A stretch of 63,061 nt of DNA, the filler included, from Craspedostauros australis (Eukaryota), in the NCBI GenBank assembly GCA_030167865.1. It is 14 parts of 14 records of this genome, joined end to end, with 100 filler letters (N's around TTAATTAATTAA, not from the genome) between each part and the next. Parts side by side here need not be neighbours in the genome. Positions count along the whole stretch, not along the records: positions 30,581 to 43,752 come from JALAGF010005254.1; positions 43,853 to 53,618 come from JALAGF010005255.1; 12 more parts are not named here. One strand, given 5' to 3'. The position numbers and the translations under genes are program-made. Below the pieces are notes generated by a model, which saw only the letters and a list, made by a program, of their open reading frames with translations, did no database searches and was not told the origin of the DNA. Positions 36,158-50,515 of this stretch are shown here, one piece after another (position 1 is the stretch's first letter; the number at the start of each line of letters is the position of its first letter).

Positions 36158-39100
36158 ATGGCGGAAGAGACGAACCCTGCCGCGCTGGAAAAGCTGCAAG
36201 AGCGGCTCAATGCGATCACGGCCGAAAACGTCCGCCTCACACAGGTAGCGTCAGTGACCGAAGCCGCTACAGAAGCAGCGAACGCTGCTGTAGCTGCTGC
36301 TCAAGAAACAACAGCCATGGCCACTCCGAGTCGCTCCGGAACCGGGGCAGTCGATCCGCTGATGCCACTCAATTCCAAACAAACAAGTCCTTCTTCGACA
36401 ACAGCATCTTCAACATGGACACACCCATGCCCAAGAAGGACAAGAAGTCAGGAAGCGGCAGCGATGACAAGGACGACGACCTCTCTGGGAAACCCATCGT
36501 TCCCATCATGGAAGGCCTCCACAAGCAAGGACGCAACTGGGTACCCTGGACAGAAGGCGCACCAAATGCGGAATGGACCGGACTCCAAGACAAGTCACAG
36601 ACCATGTGGACCAACTCTCAACAACAGAAGCTCCTCCACAATGGTGCTGACTCCATGAACCAGTCCAAGCAAGAGCAGAGATTCCCCAACAAGTTCAGGA
36701 AGGGAGGCAACATCCAGCAGTTCATCCGCTTGGTGTGCAACCACATGTCCAAGACTGGACTCCTCACCATGGCGTACATTGCCAATGACACCTCAACATC
36801 CAAGATGACCTGTGTCCTTGACGCCCCCGCCTCCTTCACTCTCGAAGATGCCACTGAGCACTACGACGAGTACCACCTGAAGTGGGATCACGACGACCTC
36901 CAGAACAACTGGATGGCTGCAGCGTTCTTCCGCGACTGTCTTGACCCAAGTCTAGAAGACCAGCTCATGAACCAACTTGAGCCGAAGTTCCACGACAACT
37001 TCATCACTCTCTTCATTGAGTTCATGAACAGCATCATGGCCAACTCCCTGGACGAGCAAGACGCGCTCACAGCAAAGATCCGCGAAGTTAACTGCAGCAA
37101 CTTCCCCAACAAAAACGTTGGAGCCATGGCAGTCCACCTTCGCTCGCTCTGCAAGCACCTCGATGTCGCCGGTCACTTCGACCTTCGTCTCCTCCGCAAC
37201 ATCCTTGACACCTTCCTCCAGGCAGGAGGAAAGCTCCTGTCCAGTGAGCAGTACCAACGTCCTCTCTATGTGATGAAGGATGACCTTGAGGAAATCCTCA
37301 TGCGTCTCCCTGTCTTCATGTACAAGCACGTTCTCCCCAAGCTCGCCGCAAAGGATCTCATGTGGATGGCAATCTGCAACAAAGCCCAGTCGTCGTACGA
37401 CAACGAGGTGCGCGGAAATCGCTGGCATGCCATCAGGCGTACCAAAGATAGCAACGTGCCCAGGTACTCGTACGCCAACAACGCCATCCATCATCCAAGC
37501 GCCAATGTTCTTGAGCAACACAAGGGTTTCTCTAAGAATGGCGGAAAGAGAAACAACTCCAGGAAGCCCAAGGAATGCGACACCAAACGCAACGCGAGCC
37601 AAAGCTGGTCGTCCAAGCCCCCAAGTCCAGTGAACCACAGCACAAGCTTGTCAACGACAAGACGTTCATGTGGTGCGCGAAGTGTTGCTGCTGGCGCCTC
37701 TTGCACAACACCAAGAGCCATCAGGACAACTTCAAGTTCAAGGCAAAGACCAAAGGCAAGGGCAATCCTAAGCAAGACAACCTTGCGATCGACATGGCAG
37801 CGTGGACGTGCTTCACAGCCACCGCAAGCCAGGACGAAAACACTCAGTGGTCTCTCATCTGGAACCTTTTCACCTCCTTCAACTACCTGAGCAGTATTGT
37901 TGGATCGATCCTCCTCTTCGCTTCACTCCAAGTCATTGCCATTGGAGTAGAGTATGGGTGGTACATCGCAACAGCAAATTCCTGGATGCTTGTCACCATA
38001 TCCCTCCTACTCCTCCACACGAACGTTCCTCAAAGACATGATCCAATCAACTCCGCTGGCCTAGCTGATAACAAGGCACGGGTCAAAGAAGATTTCAAGC
38101 AACACTATATACATCCAACGTTCTTCAATGGAGCTGTAAAACGCAGCCTCTACGACCTCATGATGGCAAACAGCGAACCGACAGGACCCAATCCAGCGCA
38201 TGTGTCCAATGGAAAATCACCAAGGACAAAGCGAGTGTGGCATCGCCACGCTCGGGCCAAAACTCAAAACCAAAGGTCAAAACGTCGTCACCGGGATCAC
38301 TCAAAAAGGTCACCAAGAAATTCCACTTATGGCGAGAACAAAAACCTCACGACTGCAAGAACGCCCGCCTAGAAGGTCGCACCTCGTCCATCTCATGCAA
38401 TCTCTGGAGCCTCTACCCTACACTCAGCATTGACCTGGTGTGCGGCAGAAGACAGAAGCAGCAATGCAATACGGATATGCCAGCCCTTCTAACCCTACAA
38501 GGCCTAGCATCCTACTTCTCCAACTGCAATGCTTTCGCATCTCCAGCCAAAGCTGAGAGCTATCTCTCTCCCGATGCTCCATTCGGGCTTGTATGGGACA
38601 GCAGAGCTTCAATCTCATTGACTAATGACCTCAACGATTTCTGTTCTACTCCAAGCCCCCACCACCAAGACCAACCTGTCTCAACGGATTTCTCAAGAAA
38701 ATCCAAGTGAATGCGCTGGGAACCATCGAATGGTATGTCCTTGATGTCACTGGAAACCCTCACAAACTACGATTGCCCGCCTTTCACGTTCCCCAACCTA
38801 AGGTCAAGCTCATCAGCACCTCAAGTCTTATTGAAGAGTACCAAGGAGAGACAATCGTATTCAACAACTCCTCCTGCAAGCTCAGCGGAATCCAAGGAAA
38901 CAATGATCGCAACGCAATCGTGGCAAACTACAAGAAACCAACGAGATTGCCAACTTCCGTCAGCTACAGCTCAGATAACATCCATGATTTGCCAGCAGCG
39001 CTAACGTTCATCGTATCTACCGTATCAGACCACAACGTGAACCTCACCCAACCGCAAAAGGAACTTCTTCAGTGGCACTATCGTCTCGGACATTTATCCT

Positions 39101-39915
39101 TCAGCCGAGTGAAGTTCCTGCTGCGTTCGGGTGCACTCACCGGGTCCGAATCGTCAAGAAAGATGCATACAACCGCAGCAAAGGTCACAAGTCTTTTCCT
39201 CTGCGCCGAATGTCAGTTTGTAAAGTTACACCGCCGTCCCTCATCAGGAATAACCCAACATGTCATTCGTGACAAACAGGGAGCCCTGTGCACTGACCAC
39301 TTGTTCCCAGGACAACAGGTTTCAGTGGACCACTTCTTCGGCCGAACTCCAGGACGCCTCTTCTCAGGGCGAGGAAAAGGAGACCCCACCAACATGTACA
39401 AGGTGCAATCTTCATCGACCATGCCTCTGGATACATTCATGTAGAGCCAGTGGCCGCGCTGACTACGCACGCCACTCTCGAAGCCAAGGAACGATTCGAA
39501 CTGATGTGCCGTGATGTGGGAGTTCCTGTGCGATCCTACCTATCGGACAATGCAACAACCTTCACCTTGCCTGAATACTCCAAGCACCTCAAAACATTCC
39601 ACCAGGTCCATCGATTCGCGGGTGTTGGCACACACCACCACAATGATATAGCTGAATGGAGCATTCGAACAATCGTTTCGATGGCTCGAACAATGATGAT
39701 GCATCAGAGCATTCATTGGCCAACTATGTTCGACGCTCAGCTGTGACCAATGGCTGTAGTGCATGCAGCGTACATCTACAACCGTGTGCCCAATCCAGCT
39801 ACAGGTCTCGCACCCTATGACGTCCTCTCACGCATTCGGCTCCCTCTCAAGCAACTTCACAATTTGCACGTATGGGGCAGCCCCGTCTACGTTCTGCTCA
39901 AGACACTAGTCGATT
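36158..39915 (+). mobile_element. Decayed Ty1/copia (CoDi-like) gag-protease-integrase, truncated before RT
   Basis: Gag with WCAKCCCWRLLHNTKSH knuckle; protease WDSRAS (degenerate DSG); QKELLQWHYRLGHLSF; integrase PGQQVSVDHF, YLSDNA, HHHNDIAE, WGSPVYVL; multiple frameshifts. Confidence 0.88.
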
Positions 39916-41234
39916 CCAACACACAGATGACCTTGATCTACATGGATTGCACAAACTAGCTTCAAGGCAACAACGAGCATACCAACAAGAAGGCCAATGC
40001 TCCTGCACAAGAGCAGAGTGATGTTCTTTCCTGTACCTTCGTCAGATTTATGACAAGCCGTCCTTTGCATGGCTCACAGCACATCAAGCGACCGCAGTTC
40101 TCCTTTTCCGACAGAATGCACACTTTGTACGAGGTCCCCCGACACATGCAAAACGACCAAAGGAGAGAAATTTGTGGAAAGAAGCGCCAGCTCTGTCTTT
40201 TGGTCTCTCAAGGGTGCCCACCGGGCACTACTTTCGATAGACGGAGAGATTGCTCGGGTGTGCTTCCACATGCACTGGCAACAGCTGTTGGAAGTCTTCA
40301 TGCACGTTTGTGTAATTCACTACAACTTCTCGATACAAGATTGCAACATGTCGCAGAAGAAGACAGGTGGAAGTTTCGCGCAGTTTCGTCAACGACGAAC
40401 CAAGCCAGATCATGTTCTCTCCATTCCCGATCTTGAAGAATTCAGGACAAGCAGAGCTTCTTCGCTTTCTCGACTCACCTGCACTCATCGTGGACAGAAC
40501 AACAGAAGAAGAACAAAGAGAAGAAATGAGGAATTTGGGCATGAAGTCGAGAGAACGTTGAATACCGATTCAGTTTGATCCCCCGAGGGTTGAGCGGAAT
40601 ATGTCATTGATGGGATGCTGTTTATGGAGCATCTGTTTGAACACGGTTTGAGGCTGAGGAAGATACGCTCATTGTTATTGCTTCTCACAATGACACAACT
40701 TGACAAGTGTGACATACGAAATGAATATTGTGAGGATGCGGCGTTGTGGTCCGGCATATGTTGACGTGGACATCATCAACGAGGTCGCGTCTCCGCCACC
40801 ACTCACTCACCTCTGCCAACTTTTGCTCGCCTTGGGTCGTCCATTTTTGGCACCCCTGTGACACGAAACGGAGAACCACCTCTGTGCCCTTGGAGTGATG
40901 CGTGGGAGGCAACGGATGCACAATGTTGAGCCAGAGTGCGAGCGCGATGACGATGACGATGATGATGATGGCAACAGAGACAGTTCACTCGCGATGATCT
41001 TTGTGGCACAAATCCACACCAGGCTCCCTCATACGACACAATTCAGAATCTTGCTCCCTTCAAGTCTCCTCCACATCATTCTTCACGCCATCGCTACTGG
41101 TACCGACAGCATCTCCAGAGACAACCAATCCATCAACAGACGACCCTGCGCTTACGACTACTCTCTCTGTCTCTCCAGAATCAAACAACAACAACAACAG
41201 ACAACAAGAACAAGAACGGAAAGCTGAATCCACC

Positions 41235-43752
41235 ATGATCGAACGCACGGACGATCTCCCCCCGTTCGCCAAGTACGCTGGACAGGAGTCCTTCTTTGGC
41301 GGTGAGGCACCGCTGTCTGAGACTGTTGGCTACGCCGTGGTCTTGGGCTTCGGGCTCTTCTTCTCCATCATAACCACCCTCCTCGTTTGTCTCAACAGGA
41401 CATTTGGGAACCATGCCGTCGCCACCTCCGAGCATTTCAAGTGAGTTGCTTCATGTCCTCGCATGAGTCGATCATGGCTGGCCTCCGTACTGTTATACAT
41501 GCATACACACGTACATACTCGTGTCTTACATACCAATACTCGCACCGACTGAAGCATGACTGCGGAATACCAGCGCTTGAAGCACTCGTCACTCACGGCG
41601 CAAACTGCTGTCGCCGTTGATCTCCTTTGTCGCAATTGTGAACGCTGTCAATTGCCATGAACTGACATTCATTGCCATCCATCGCCATTCATTCACTTCC
41701 AACAGCACCGCCGGACGCATGATCAAGACCGGTCTCACCGCCTCCGTCATCGTCAGTCAGTGGACTTGGGCCGCCACCCTCCTCCAATCGTCAAACGTCG
41801 CCTGGGCCTACGGTGTTTCTGGTCCATTCTGGTAAGTTCCAAATGCCTCCTGTGTTTTATTTTGCTTTCTGCCTTCTATGATACCTTCTGCTCTTCTCGC
41901 ATACCAATGTCCCGATTCCCTCAATTGGACGTCTCATTTCCGAACTTTGCCATGCTCAACTTGTACACTACTATTATGCAAAAACTGTTCTACATGATAT
42001 TACATTACATTATATTGTAATATATTGTATACTATTTTGCACTCCCCTTCACCAATCCACGCTCAAAAAACAGGTACGCATCCGGTGCCACGATTCAGGT
42101 TCTGCTCTTCGGTGTCCTCGCCATCTCCCTCAAGAAGGTCGCTCCGTCCGCCCACACCGTCGCCGAGATCGTCAACGCACGATGGGGACGTTCTGCGCAC
42201 AAGACCTTCCTCTGCTTCTGCTTCGCCGCCAACATCATCGTCACCTCCATGCTCTTGCTCGGTGGTGCCGCCACCGTCGAGGCCCTCACAGGAATGGACT
42301 ACAGGCTGGCATCCTTCCTCATCCCATGGGGTGTCATCCTCTACACCGCCTCCGGTGGTCTCCAGGCAACATTCCTGGCCAGTTACATCCACACCGTCAT
42401 CATCTTCGCCGTCCTCATCATCATGATCTTCATCGTGTACATCAAGGTGTACTCCAGCGATGTCATCTACGCCTTCCTCGACAAGACCATCTCGTACACC
42501 GAGGAGGAGTGCAAGATCATCTTCTCTTCCAACAACACAGTTGAGGGAACCTTCTTCGAGGCCGGAACCTACGCCTGCGGCGAGGTCAGCGGAAACCGCG
42601 ACGGATCCTACCTCACCATGCTCTCCAGCGACGGCCTCATGTTCGGAATCATCAACATCGTGGGTAACTTCGGAACCGTCTTCGTCGACCAGTCCTACTG
42701 GCAATCCGCCATCGCCGCGCGCCCATCCTCTGCCGCTCGCGGATACCTGCTCGGAGGTATCTGCTGGTTCGCCATCCCATTCTCCCTCGCCACCTCTTTG
42801 GGACTCGCCTCCACCGCTCTGCAGCTCCCAATCACAGCCGATGAGGCTGGATCTGGACTTGTTCCACCCGCCGTTGCCACGGAATTGCTCGGAGATGCCG
42901 GTGCCGTCCTCATCCTCGTCATGCTCTTCATGGCCATCGTGTCCACGGGATCCGCAGAATCTATCGCCGTGTCCTCCCTCGTCGCCTACGACATCTATCG
43001 CGAGTACCTCAACCCAGACGCCACCGGAGAGCAGATCCTCTTCGTCTCGCGCTGCGTCGTCGTCGGATTCGGGCTGGTGATGGGAGCCCTGTCCATCCTC
43101 CTCTTCGAACTCGGACTCAACCTCGGATGGGTCTACCTCTTCATGGGAGTCGTCATCGGGTCCGCCGTCGTGCCGCTCTGGAACATGATGACTTGGAAGA
43201 AGGCATCCGGAACCGGCGCGTGCGTGGCTGCATGGACCGGGCTTCTCCTCGCGATCGTCGGTTGGCTGGTGGCTGCCCAAGCCCAATCGGGAGAGATCAC
43301 CGTCGACAGCCTCGGTACCAACGAGGTCATGCTTTCCGGAAACCTCATCGCCATCTGTTCCAGCGGCATCATCCACTTCGTTTACTCGACGGTCGTCGAT
43401 CCGCAGGACTATGACTTTGCTGAGCTCGACAAGCACATCACCCTCGTCGAGGACGACCAGCGTGGACTGACCGCGGAAGAGCAGGACCCAGAGCTGCTGG
43501 CCGAGGCCGAGCAGTGGATCACGCGCCGCGGATACGCCCTCACCTTTCTTCTCATCTTCGTGTGGCCGCTTCTCAGCATCCCCGCCGGAGTCTTCTCCGA
43601 GTCCTACTTCGCCTTCTGGGTGCTCGTCGCCATCGCTTGGGGTTTCGGTGCCGCCTTGGTCATCACCATCCTGCCGTTGGTGGAGTCCGCCGATGACATC
43701 ACCCGCGTGCTCGGTGGTATGATGGGCATGAAGCCAGAGGAAGAACCAGAGA
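41235..43752 (+). CDS. DUR3: Urea transporter DUR3 (sodium:solute symporter family); exons 41235-41440, 41706-41831, 42074->43752; 3' end lost in a gap
   Basis: Spliced frame reads [46 protein letters not shown]..; also [18 protein letters not shown] and [14 protein letters not shown]; canonical GT-AG introns. Confidence 0.96.
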
Positions 43753-45118
43753 NNNNNNNNNNNNNNNNNNNNNNNNNNNNNNNNNNNNNNNNNNNNTTAA
43801 TTAATTAANNNNNNNNNNNNNNNNNNNNNNNNNNNNNNNNNNNNNNNNNNNNATTCTCAAAAAGGAAACAATTCAAGGGCCTACGAAAGTACCCATGTGT
43901 ACCAAATGAGAAGCACAAAGACCGAATCATGGACGCGACGAAAATGCCGCATTTTCGATCTGCGCGAACTTTGTCTGTGGCGAAGAGAACGCTTCGCGAA
44001 ACAGCCACAGCCAACGCGGCGATGAACGGCACGCATCTGCTTTTGCCGACGTTGGCAACAAAACGGAAGATCGCNNNNNNNNNNNNNNNNNNNNNNNNNN
44101 NNNNNNNNNNNNNNNNNNNNNNNNAAGATCGCGTTGGATACGACTACTTGGGTGGCAAGAGACACCTTCTCCTGACCTCTCTTGTGTGTTGTCCTCATTG
44201 CGATTGCTTTTCTGAGACAAAAGCTGGATATCAGATCAAAAGTCTATATTCACCTTAGTCTATGTCTAATCTTGTTCTCCGTAGACTGCGTTAGGTCACG
44301 CATGAGACTTTTGGTCATGAACCGTTTTATCTTTCTCTGTTGACCTCATTTCCCGCAACTCCCAAAGGCGCTCAGATACCTGTCTTGGTGTCTGAAGGTG
44401 GTAATGAGTTGAAGGATGGATGTCAGGCCCTGCCTGTCATCCTCCTTATGTGCACCTGAACATCTATGTCTGCATCCCTGCGAATCCACCTTCACAGGGC
44501 ATGTCTACTGTCTTGTTGAGTGAATGTATCTGAGCATCTTGGCTCAGATACAAGCTCATCAATCCCATCAAATTTGGCAAGATCGCATTTCTGCAATGAT
44601 TGGATTTACTGCATGCATCATTGTTGTTCCAAGAAGCAATATCAGTATTGGAGGCACCATGAACCTCCTCTGTCTTGTAAACTTGACAACACCTTCATGC
44701 TCTGCACTTCATGCACTGCAATTCATGCTCTGCACTTCATGCTCTGCTGTGTGTTGCAACACATGTTGCCTCAGCATCATTTTCATCATTTCATCTCCAT
44801 CTGCTCACAATTCAGACTCCAACAGTTCTGAATTGGGCCAGCTAACATCATCTAATACTATTAACCACTCAGAGCACACTGACAATTCCTACCAGCTTCA
44901 CTATACTTCATTTGACGGACCTGATCACTCCCAATCTCGAGGTTTGTACCCATTTTTGTCTGTGTTCTATCAAGGAGATGACCTTCATCACATCCACCCT
45001 TGGGCGCATCGACCAAGCCATCCAGCATCCAGATGGCACAATTGTGGCTTCCTTGACCTTTGCACCAACCCTCACTGCAATCAACATTGGAAACATCCAA
45101 CACATCTTTGCATATGCC

Positions 45119-45829
45119 TGTTAGGAATTGAGGGTACGACTTTGTCGGAATACCCGTAATTGCCGCACCTCCCAACATTGTTGGTCACAGCTTTGAATAT
45201 TATTCGTCACATGTTCGGAGACTATTTGTCACACCTTTGTATACCATGTCATTATGACTATGACTAAGCATACGGACGCGATTGATACCTGTATAACCGC
45301 GAGGAGGGTAGCCTGTCCTCCAGTAACGTAAGGACGACACCCACGGCGGATCAGGAGGTCCCGATACCACGCCAACCATGGCAACTATCCAGACGACGAC
45401 GTCGATCAGAACAGCATGTCCATGGGCAAGTGACGCACCTTCTTCAGAGGACAGCACGCGCCCATCCTGCGGACAAGAACATCCACAGGTTTGGAACATC
45501 ACCAAAGGTGACATCGGCCATGAGACGATGGTGTCATGAGATCAACGATGGAAACATGAGACAGGCAAGTGCTCAGGACTGCAGATCCCTACCATGCACA
45601 CGTAGACAGCTACGACAATGCAGAGACAAGGAAGCAAGAACAGAGCATGATGAATGAAGAGGGAAGCACCTAAGAGACAACAGGATGCCCCGTGTCGTTA
45701 CCGCGNNNNNNNNNNNNNNNNNNNNNNNNNNNNNAAGAGAAAGTGAGATTGTGCTCACAGTTCTAAAACGGTACAGTTTCTAACAGCAGATTAGAATTTA
45801 GTACTAACTATAACCCCGGATTTCCAACA
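45119..45829 (+). mobile_element. Short TG...CA element (subfamily A), 6-bp TSD TATGCC, inserted in copia gag
   Basis: TATGCC at 45113-45118 and 45830-45835; removal restores the frame HIFAYA|RSNTID. Confidence 0.92.
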
Positions 45830-48800
45830 TATGCCAGATCCAATACAATTGACTCCACCACCAACTGGACTGCCATTGATGAATACATTGAACAGACAAC
45901 TATGTGCCTCCAAAGATCAAGACCCCTGTTACAAACGCAGCAGCTCACACAAGAAACGAGATGGCCATCAAAGACGCAGCGGCGGTGGAGCCCCCAGTGG
46001 CAAACAATGAGATAGCCATGATGTCTCCATGACGTGGAGCCACCCTCGCACAATCACCCTCAACACCAACAGGTTGGTGCTAGGACAAGGTATCCATGCC
46101 CAAAGCTCTGACCTTCTCTGGACTGAACAAAGCCTGGCATGATTGGGAGATTGCATTTGCCAGATCGATGGCAACAATGAGATACACGAAGTGTATCAAT
46201 CCCAAGCAACCAACCAACTACAATTCACAGATCAACAACCAATTCTACACCATCCTCAACAGCAAGACCTATGAGGTGACACGGATTTCATCGTGCCATC
46301 ACACATTGGCAGTGGTCATGACACCTTCCAGGCACTGGTCCGGATGTACAAATTCAAGGAGAACAAGGCAGAGATCGTGGCTGAGCTGGAAGAGCTCCTG
46401 GCAAAGCCTATCTACGATGGATCAGAGCTGTTCAGCAAGTTTGTCAACGCCTTCTCGAAGTCCATCCGCACGATGGAGGACAATGGAAAGGTCATGAACA
46501 ATAAGGAGACCACCGCAAAGCTCTTTTCCAACATCAATGACAAACAATTCTTGAGTGAGATTTCTTGGCTTCGCAACGTCAATCAGTCATTTGACTGGAT
46601 CCGCAATGAGTTGATGAGACATGACAGCTCCATCGCCAACTCCAAGATTGAACAATCCCCATGGCGCAACCAGTGCTAACAGCAGAAGAAGGATAGGCGA
46701 ACCAACCGTAAGCGTCGCTACGAGGCGCCAATGGCGGTTCAAAGGCCCTCGGCAATGTCCCAGCTGATGGACAGCGTCTTCTGCCGGCTTCAGACCCACA
46801 TGCAGGTGCTCGTCGTGAAGTCTGCGCTTTACTTCCGCAAACATGGCAAGCCAATCGACGAGGACGCTCAAGAAACTCAAACCAGCGGAGTACGCAAAGA
46901 ACCTCCAACTTCCCACCACATGAAGATCTCACAAGAGAGCCTGGACCAAAGCTTCCCTGGCGTGCAGTGGAAAGGAATACGGACCATGCAACAACAGCTT
47001 GTGACAATCAATGACAGACACAACTTGCCGCCAGTCGGAGATCATCATACATATCAAGCCCCACAACTGTAGGGGGAGACGCGCACAGCTGCGGAGAGAA
47101 GACCCAGGTGTGCACGCCTGGAGGTACTACAAGAGTCGGTGCCAAATGGAACCCACCCGACCATCGAACACTTTCTTCGCAGGGCAAGAGTAACAAGCAG
47201 TAGACAAGGCTACATCATTTGACTCAGGGGCGGACGGCGACATCGTACATGAATCCGGATGGGTCGTGACCCGACAACACTAACAGACGTTCCGTGCTCA
47301 CAGGGCAACCATGGACTCACCAATCAAGGCATTCCAGATGGTTGGCGCGGTGGCAGTATATGAATCTCCAACAGGCAATGTAATCCTCATCAAGGAAAAA
47401 TATGTGGCTCTGGATAAGCACCCACATCAGATGGCATCATTGTTTAATACACATCACATGTGCGTGCCTGGACTGAATGCATACGATCGCCTCATCCAAC
47501 ACCAGGGGCAACAGCGCATTGCATCAGGCGACATCAGCATCCCACTGGTCAACCATGGTGGCAACACCCTGCGCATCCCCATTTGGAAATCCACAGCTCA
47601 TGAGCTAACACTCAATAAGCATATCACGATATGCAACAGACACCAGCACCTTTGGCGGAATAACCAGGGAATCCATTTCAACAACGTGATCAAACACTTC
47701 CCACACCAATTTGTCGAGAAGACAATGATGGCATCCACCCAACTGGCGGACAGACCAATCGAGGCAGAGTCATGACTCATCCCATGGCAGTACCAAACAC
47801 AACGAGCTGGAGTGCTCCAGCCGCAACGAATCCAAGGTAGAGTCGACACGGACCCCTTCTTTTCCACAGTGCAATCAATTTGGCATTACAAGTGCTTCCA
47901 ACTCTTCATCCACAGCAAACCAAAATTCATCTGTGCCAAGCCGCTCTGAAGAGAGGCAATGGCGCCAGGGACGCTCATGGACTTCATCCTCAATGTTGGC
48001 GCACCGGGTGCCCTTGTGTCCAACAACTTGCAGGTCTAATCAGGAAAGGCCCTGGAAGGCAATCACATCCAAGCACATGATCAAGCACTACTTCACTATG
48101 CCCATGAACCAGAACCAGAACAGAGCAGAGCGCATGATCGGCGACATCAAGTGGCATGCTTATCAGTTGATATGGGCGGCGTCCACACCACTCGAATTCT
48201 GGTGTTTTGCATTGCAGCATGCCATCGACATGTGGAACTATATGGACAAGGGCAGCATCCAGTGGAGGACACCAGTTGAACTCGTCCATGGCAACATGCC
48301 CAACATTTCCATGTTTCGATCCACTTTCTTCCAGCCTGTGTTGTTCTTCGGGCCAATGACAAAGTTCCCTGAGCATCCATTCAAACCAGGCTATATCCTG
48401 GGCATCGCGTGGATTCACAGGGATCCATTCACTTACCATATGTGGTCGCCACAAGACAAGGATATCAAGTGGGGCACAGTCCTCATGTGCAACATTGCCA
48501 AGCCGCATATTCTGGAATACACAGACACTCCGTGCATCAGCGACGGAGAGATACAACGAATCGCGAGGCTTGACCTCATTGACACAACCACAAACGGCGC
48601 TTTGGGTGGCAGGGCACGAACGAAGGCTATACCAGCTGAGCTCGCTCGGCAGGTCTGAGAGGCCATCGATGCGATTGCTGTGCGGTCAGGGGCAGCGGCT
48701 CGCATCCCGGAACCTGGTCCAACGAGGGTCAAGAAAATCGAGGTCAACGCAAACACAGCTTCGCTAGAGGACCAATGGTTTGGACAGCCAATTGTTGTGC

Positions 48801-50515
48801 CTGATGACGAAGACACGAGTGTAAATGACGCTGCAGATGTGATCTTGGATGGTGATGATGATGGTGACAGCCAAATACCTGACGATGTCTCTGGGTAGCT
48901 GAATGATTTGGCGGCGGTACCCATGCTAGATCCTTTGGAGCACCGGACTCAGGGGCATCAAAGCACTCTCGCAGAACAAGAGCACAACGAGATGTCCCAA
49001 AATCAATGGATAAGGTCAACAAGAACAAACCTGAAATCACCAGCATCGCAGGACACAGCTTTCGCAATGGACACCTACACCTCAACGCCAAATAGGGAAT
49101 GGAGACAAGAACATGGTTCCGATATGACATCATTCGAGCGGACCATCCGGAGCTGGTGGCGCGGTACATCATCGCAAACAAACCAACTCGGCACGGACGA
49201 CACAATTGGCAATCGGAACTGATGCTACAATGGACCAATCATGCAATCCGAGCAATCAAGCGGCGCATCCAGCGTAGCGAACGTACACACCAATTCACGA
49301 TCGACGGCAATTACAATGTCACTGTACTACAGCGGATTCGACCAGGCAAAAAGAAGCCGAAACAGGACTTCTTCGCCACAGTATTCCAGTACAGGGGCGA
49401 AGTGCTACGCAACATGAAGCATGCACTACAACTCGACCAAGCCAACAACAACGACATGTGGAAGGCGGAAGCCAAGAAGGAGATTGATGCACTCATCAAC
49501 CTTGCCTGCTTCGAGTTTCGTCCATCCACACATCGACCATCAACTGAATACCAGAGCACGAAGCTCAGGCTCATCTTCGTGGTCAAACGAAACCTGTGGC
49601 GCAAGGTAAGGCTCATAGCTGGAGGACACCTCATCAAGCTTGTAGACAACATACACATGTCCTCATGAACAGTCAACTCCACCAGCGTGCGTATCCTCCA
49701 TGTAATTGCAGATGCAAACAAATTCCAGCAACTCTGCAGCGATATTGGCAACACATTTGTCAACACCTACACCAACAAGAAGATATACGCAAGAGCAGGA
49801 AAGGAATTCAATCACAGAGAGGGCCAGACAATTGTACTCAAGAAATCATTGTATGGACTCCAATCCAGTGCCCAACAATTCCACGCTCACTTCGCCGACA
49901 CACTATCTTGCATGGGATTCAAGCCATTGCGCCACAACCAAGATGTATGGATCAGACTCCAAGACGAATCCGGAGACGACTACATCTGCACACATGTTGA
50001 CGATTTCAAGATCATACTGAAGGACCCAAATCAATACATGAAGTCAATCCAACAGGTCAACACAATCAAGGATATTGGCCCATCCATCTACTATCTCAGG
50101 AATGACTATTCCAGAAATGCAAAAGGCAAATGGAGCGTTGGATGCAGTAAATACATCTCAAATGCACTGGACAAAGGCAAGTGCCAGCATGGATCGCTTC
50201 ACAGCCAACATGTTCCCATGAGGAACAAGGACCATCCAGAAACAGATGACTCCAAACTACTAACACCTGGCAAGCAACAAAAAATCCAGCAGCTCATTGG
50301 CATGCTAAACTGGGCTGTCCAGCTTGGACATTTCAACATCACATTTGCAACTTCCTCACTTTCACACTTCACTGCATCACTACAGAAAGGACATCTTGAA
50401 CGCGCACTCAAAGTATGGGGCTATCTCAAGCACAAGTCCACTCTGCAAACACAGATCGATTCCAGGCTGATGATATTTGACAACTTCAATGCAATGCCAT
50501 CAAACCCAGAACTGG

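Noticed and set aside
42063..43436. 457-aa minus-strand ORF
   Set aside because: Antisense shadow of the codon-biased DUR3 exon.
43939..43957. Palindrome CGAAAATGC-C-GCATTTTCG
   Set aside because: Single occurrence with no supporting context.
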